Origin: a virus
Taxonomy: Duplodnaviria > Caudoviricetes
Length of the DNA: 38,805 bases
IMG/VR virus record: IMGVR_UViG_3300017766_004124
Location: 1 to 38,805 of that record
Reading direction: 5' to 3' (one strand)
Part shown: positions 34,798 through 38,805 of the stretch, one piece after another
Numbering within the stretch: the stretch's first letter is position 1
How the letters are laid out: the number at the start of each line of letters is the position of its first letter
The notes under the pieces: model-generated
What the model saw: the letters and a program-made list of their open reading frames with translations, nothing else
The model's database searches: none
Told to the model about the DNA's origin: nothing
Made by a program: the position numbers and the translations under genes

Positions 34798-34831
34798 ATA
34801 AAATTTTTTATCTTTTTAATATTTATAAAAT

Positions 34832-35476
34832 ATGGCAACCCCATACACCGACATAGAAGTTACAGATAAATATATTATTCGTGAATTTAACGAAAATATT
34901 GATCCTATTGAACTTATGTGGCATCGTGATAATGAACCTCGCACTTTAGAAATCATAGGAGAAACAGATTGGAAAATTCAATTTGATAATTCCTTGCCAA
35001 TTTTATTAGAAAATCATATATTTATACCAAAACACGCTTGGCATCGTGTCATCAAAGGCACAGGTACATTAAAGATTAAAATAATGAAGTCAAATATATT
35101 AGAAAGCAAATTACGTGATTTAATCAAAAAAGAAATCAACTCTATTTTAAAAGAAGAAATGGTTTCTACTATATATAAACTCACAGGAAAATTAACTACA
35201 GATACCTCTATACGAAATCAAACCGAAATCTTATCTGATATACGCTCTATAACAGGTGTTACCATAGTAGGAGCAAAAGAAACAGGAATTGATGAACCAG
35301 CAACTGATAATCCTTATTATCACGTTTTACTTTCAGTAAAAATAGATCCACACCCCTATATTGGAAAAGGTGGATTTGGAAAAGATGAAATTAAAAAAAT
35401 AATAGGAGATATAAAAAAGATAAGAGGAGTTAGAAATTTTATATTACTTGAAAAACCAAAAAGAACAACCATATAA
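34832..35476 (+). CDS. Cupin-like domain fused via an internal leader to a second domain
   Basis: WHRD.E.R...FIPKHAWHRVIKG cupin motifs; internal ILESKLRDLIKKEINSILKEE. Confidence 0.7.
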   Translation: MATPYTDIEVTDKYIIREFNENIDPIELMWHRDNEPRTLEIIGETDWKIQFDNSLPILLENHIFIPKHAWHRVIKGTGTLKIKIMKSNILESKLRDLIKKEINSILKEEMVSTIYKLTGKLTTDTSIRNQTEILSDIRSITGVTIVGAKETGIDEPATDNPYYHVLLSVKIDPHPYIGKGGFGKDEIKKIIGDIKKIRGVRNFILLEKPKRTTI

Positions 35477-35478
35477 AC

Positions 35479-36291
35479 ATGAAATTAAATCAATTACAAC
35501 AATTAATTAAAGAATCAATACAAGAATATATTCGTGAGATTGATAAAAAAGGAGATGAAGCAGCTGTTAGAGCTAAAATGGAAGCTTGTCAAGAAGCTAT
35601 AGCTTCACGTAAGAAAAAAATTGAAATGTCTGAATCATTAGAAGAAATGAAAGACATGGTTGATCCTGCTAAAATTAAAAATCTTAAATCTGAAATTAAA
35701 ACTTTAGAAAAAAGTTTAAATAAATATCAAAAACAACTTGAAAAAATGGAAGGTAAAATGGCTGATAAAGCTAAACAACCTGAAAAAAAGGAAGTTGTTA
35801 CTGAAGAAGAGCCTGTATCTGAAGTTGATTTAGATATGAATGAAGAAGGAGTTACTGAAGCCAAAAAAAAACCATCGGCCGGAATGACTCAAAAAGAAAA
35901 ATCGGCTTTAGCTAAAAAAGCACATGCTGGTAAGGATATCGGAAAAAAAGGACCTGGATTTGAAAAAGTAGCTAAAACAGCTGAAAAACAATATGGCTCT
36001 AAAGAAGCAGGACAGCGTGTAGCGGCAGCTGCAATGTGGAAAAATGCTGCTAAAAATGAAAACCAAGTAAAAACAGCCCCCGAAATCGATACTCCAGTTA
36101 AACCTGAAGAGAAAAAACGTAGAAGAAGTTTAACTCCACCTAGTGAATCTCCTAATACTAAACCAAAAGCAGAAGGAAAAGAAATGGATTTAGCTAACAA
36201 AATGGGTCAAAGATTTAGTAAACTATCTAAAAACAAATTAGAAGAATCTGTTGTAGATAGAATGAAAAAATTAGCAGGTATTATTAAATAA
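35479..36291 (+). CDS. Highly charged multi-module protein (scaffold/core-like)
   Basis: MKLNQLQQLIKESIQEYIRE; coiled coil; basic module after VTE; ends LEESVVDRMKKLAGIIK. Confidence 0.75.
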   Translation: MKLNQLQQLIKESIQEYIREIDKKGDEAAVRAKMEACQEAIASRKKKIEMSESLEEMKDMVDPAKIKNLKSEIKTLEKSLNKYQKQLEKMEGKMADKAKQPEKKEVVTEEEPVSEVDLDMNEEGVTEAKKKPSAGMTQKEKSALAKKAHAGKDIGKKGPGFEKVAKTAEKQYGSKEAGQRVAAAAMWKNAAKNENQVKTAPEIDTPVKPEEKKRRRSLTPPSESPNTKPKAEGKEMDLANKMGQRFSKLSKNKLEESVVDRMKKLAGIIK

Positions 36292-36293
36292 AA

Positions 36294-37466
36294 ATGGAAT
36301 ATAAAGATTTTTTTAGTCCTTCTACTTTAGAAAAACTTAATAAACAATCTGCTGAAAATTTAAAGCAGATGTTGGGGGATAAAAGTCTTACACAAACTAT
36401 TGTATCTTCCCAACAATTATTAAGTCAAATTTCTAAAGCAGAAGCTCCATACAAAAATAAACTAGAAAATTTAGCGGTAAATATAGTTAAAGAACTATAT
36501 CCTATTATTGATGAAGAAAAAATCAATATAGATGCTAAAATTATAGGAATGGGTGAAGTTGGAAGTAGTTTAGATGAAATTAAAATAAATAAACCTGGTG
36601 GGAAAGATTTAACTAAAAAAGAATGGTCTGAATTGATAAATGGCCAATCAAATAAAGTTGAAGATTTTTTAATAAAATTAGGTTACCCAAAAAATTCTAG
36701 GCATTTATACGTAATAGAAAAAAATTTAAAACCAAATGAAAAATACCAACTACAAAAAATTCTTAAACCAAATTTAGATGAATCCATCTCCCCAGAATCT
36801 CGCAGACGCATCATCAATGCTGTAACTCAAGGAGCTGCTGTACGTGGTGCTTTTGCTTTTTATTTATTTAAAGAACATTTAGATGAATTAGATCCATCTT
36901 TAGTAGATAAATATAACGAAATATTAAAAAATAGTTTTGGGATATATGATGATGACAATGCAGTAGCTATGTTACTATCATTACTAGCCCAAGGACATAA
37001 ATCAGCGGGTGGAAGTAGCAAAGTTATTATTAACGAACAACAATCCGGCATAACAATTAAAGCTCGTGCTATTAATTTCCCGATGCTAGTTCATGAAATC
37101 GTTAAAGGATTATTTGAACTTATTTCATTACAAGGATTTAAAGGAAATAAAGAACAAAATCAATCTGTAGTAGATAAAGTTGATCTTCTTAAAAATGAAC
37201 CATATGATTTAAAATATGGTAAATTTATTTATGATGCTATACGCACTGCAGCATTAGATAACAATGCTTCACCTAAAGTAATTCCTTATTTTTTTCAAGA
37301 AGTATATCAATTAGATGATACTGAATTTATAGAATTTATAGAAAACGCTATTTCAGATACATTAACTTCTGAACAAAAAAGATGGATACAAATTACCATT
37401 AGAGAAATTGATGATGATTTAAAAGCAGATGCGGCTGGATTAGATGAAATTCAAGTATCAAATTAA
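36294..37466 (+). CDS. Hypothetical protein with LDE-flanked internal segment
   Basis: 390-aa ORF; RRRIINAVTQGAA, FPMLVHEIVKG. Confidence 0.8.
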   Translation: MEYKDFFSPSTLEKLNKQSAENLKQMLGDKSLTQTIVSSQQLLSQISKAEAPYKNKLENLAVNIVKELYPIIDEEKINIDAKIIGMGEVGSSLDEIKINKPGGKDLTKKEWSELINGQSNKVEDFLIKLGYPKNSRHLYVIEKNLKPNEKYQLQKILKPNLDESISPESRRRIINAVTQGAAVRGAFAFYLFKEHLDELDPSLVDKYNEILKNSFGIYDDDNAVAMLLSLLAQGHKSAGGSSKVIINEQQSGITIKARAINFPMLVHEIVKGLFELISLQGFKGNKEQNQSVVDKVDLLKNEPYDLKYGKFIYDAIRTAALDNNASPKVIPYFFQEVYQLDDTEFIEFIENAISDTLTSEQKRWIQITIREIDDDLKADAAGLDEIQVSN

Positions 37467-37469
37467 AAA

Positions 37470-38789
37470 ATGAAATTAACCACAATATTAAAATCTTTAT
37501 TATTAGAGTATAGTGAAAAAACTATTCAAACTACTATTAGCAGATGGAAATCTACTAATTCTAAAGTAGATGATACACTTGCTCGTCAATTAATTCAACG
37601 ATTTGATCAAATAAAGAGTGGACTATCTTCTAAATTAGATATAGTTGTTCTCCCTGATGAATTAAAAAAAGGAAACAATTACCTTAACATAGATAAATAT
37701 TCTTATGAGGATATGGAGAAATTAATTAACTCCTTACCTGAAAATCCTGAAAAAGTAAAAAAAGATGCTATCAATAGATTTGTAGAAAAATATAATGTAG
37801 ATAAATCAACTGCTCAATCATATGTTGCTCGTTTTTTAAGTAAAAAAGATACATTAAAAGTTGCTGTTCAAAGTGGTTTAGAAGATATTGGGTTTAGTAA
37901 AGAAGATATTTTAAAATTTATTCCTAAAAAAATCCAATCAAGAGATGCATTTTTAGATCCACGCAACTGGGACTGGCAATCATTTGAACAAATGTTAGAT
38001 GCAATATTCCCTAGTCAAAAAGCAGTTTCGGGAGAAGTGGAAAACGATGCTGCTACTGATTTAGATAGAATATATAATAAAGATGGAATTGAAATTTATA
38101 AAGGAGATGATGTACATAAATGTATCTCATACAATCCTGTTATAGATAAAAGAAAAAAATATGGTTGGTGTGTAACTCAAGTAGGAAATACCAACTATGA
38201 TTATTATAGATTTGGTGATAAAGCTCCTACATTTTATTTTGTATTTGATAGAAGTAGAACTTCTGAACCTAATCATTCTCCTTTTAAAGACCAATGGCAT
38301 GCATTTGTAATACAAGTAACAGCCGATAATAAAGAATATATTGTAACAGGTGCTGACAATAGAGGAGACATAAGTACTAAAGATAAAGGATGGGAAGGAA
38401 TAGCTAATTTAGTTCCACCTGAAACTTGGTCTAAAATTAAAAACTTAAAAGATTACTTCAAACCAATAGCATTATCTCCAGCTGAAAGAGGAAGAAAATT
38501 TGCTTCTGGAAAAAATTTGTCTTTAGATGAATTTAAAGAACTCTCTCAAGATGAAAAAATTCTTTACATTCAAGGAAAAGCATCTAAAAATCAAATTTCA
38601 AACGATATTTTAGAAATTTTACCAAAATATAAAATTGATTTACAAGGTAGATCTACAACTTTAGCTAACATTGCTATTGATAGTGGACAAGAATTTCCAT
38701 ATTCTGTTTTAAAAAATAATGAATCATTAGCTAAAAGATATGCTATATTTAGATTTAGACATACTAATTATGGTAATAAACCTATTCCC
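37470..38789 (+). CDS. Partial (3'-truncated) leader-bearing protein with PcfJ-like WC motif
   Basis: Manual translation: MKLTTILKSLLLE...KYGWCVTQ...YDYYR...TFYFVFD..., open until the adapter; absent from the ORF track because it has no stop. Confidence 0.8.
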
Positions 38790-38805
38790 AGATCGGAAGA
38801 GCACA
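38790..38805 (+). other. Illumina TruSeq adapter remnant
   Basis: AGATCGGAAGAGCACA at the contig end. Confidence 0.97.

Noticed and set aside
5909-38315. Short overlapping ORFs in the track (5909, 6085, 7066, 17505, 18161, 23335, 25032, 27522, 33323, 35889, 36860, 38127)
   Set aside because: They overlap longer, motif-bearing plus-strand genes; 38127-38315 lies within the unlisted truncated ORF starting at 37470
1-38805. Stop-codon reassignment (TAG or TGA)
   Set aside because: The standard code gives long, tightly packed ORFs; TAG (26556) and TGA (24543, 30528, 32392) end genes at plausible boundaries

Overview
This is a 38.8 kb fragment of a large, very AT-rich myovirus-type tailed phage genome. 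It is densely coding under the standard code and almost entirely on the + strand. Layout: (i) ~1-5.8 kb has small early-type ORFs, a GC-rich structured non-coding island, a T5orf172 GIY-YIG protein, a degenerate tRNA, a YhaM-like HD hydrolase and a T4 gp55-like sigma factor; (ii) ~6.2-21.6 kb is a contractile-tail baseplate module (gp5-like spike, gp25, gp6, gpI/gp7-like wedge, tail-collar-like proteins); (iii) ~21.6-24.5 kb has two GIY-YIG endonucleases, a DnaG-type primase and a PD-(D/E)XK nuclease; (iv) a tail fibre with SHAEG repeats and a DUF1566-type tip; (v) ~26-38.8 kb is an array of unrelated proteins, many sharing an amphipathic N-terminal or internal leader ending in (I/L)xE. Bacteroidota-type promoters, A-rich upstream regions without Shine-Dalgarno sites, a CarboxypepD_reg-like domain and signal peptides followed by Gln suggest a Bacteroidota host (inference). 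The best candidate for an undescribed system is the leader-tagged array, read as capsid-packaged, protease-matured cargo. It includes an OmpA-like protein whose signal peptide appears masked by the leader. A separate ATATTTAT motif may be the late promoter of the phage sigma factor. Both window ends carry sequencing artefacts: poly-G/A/C near 287-410 and an Illumina adapter at 38790-38805. All family assignments come from motifs recognised by eye; no searches were run.
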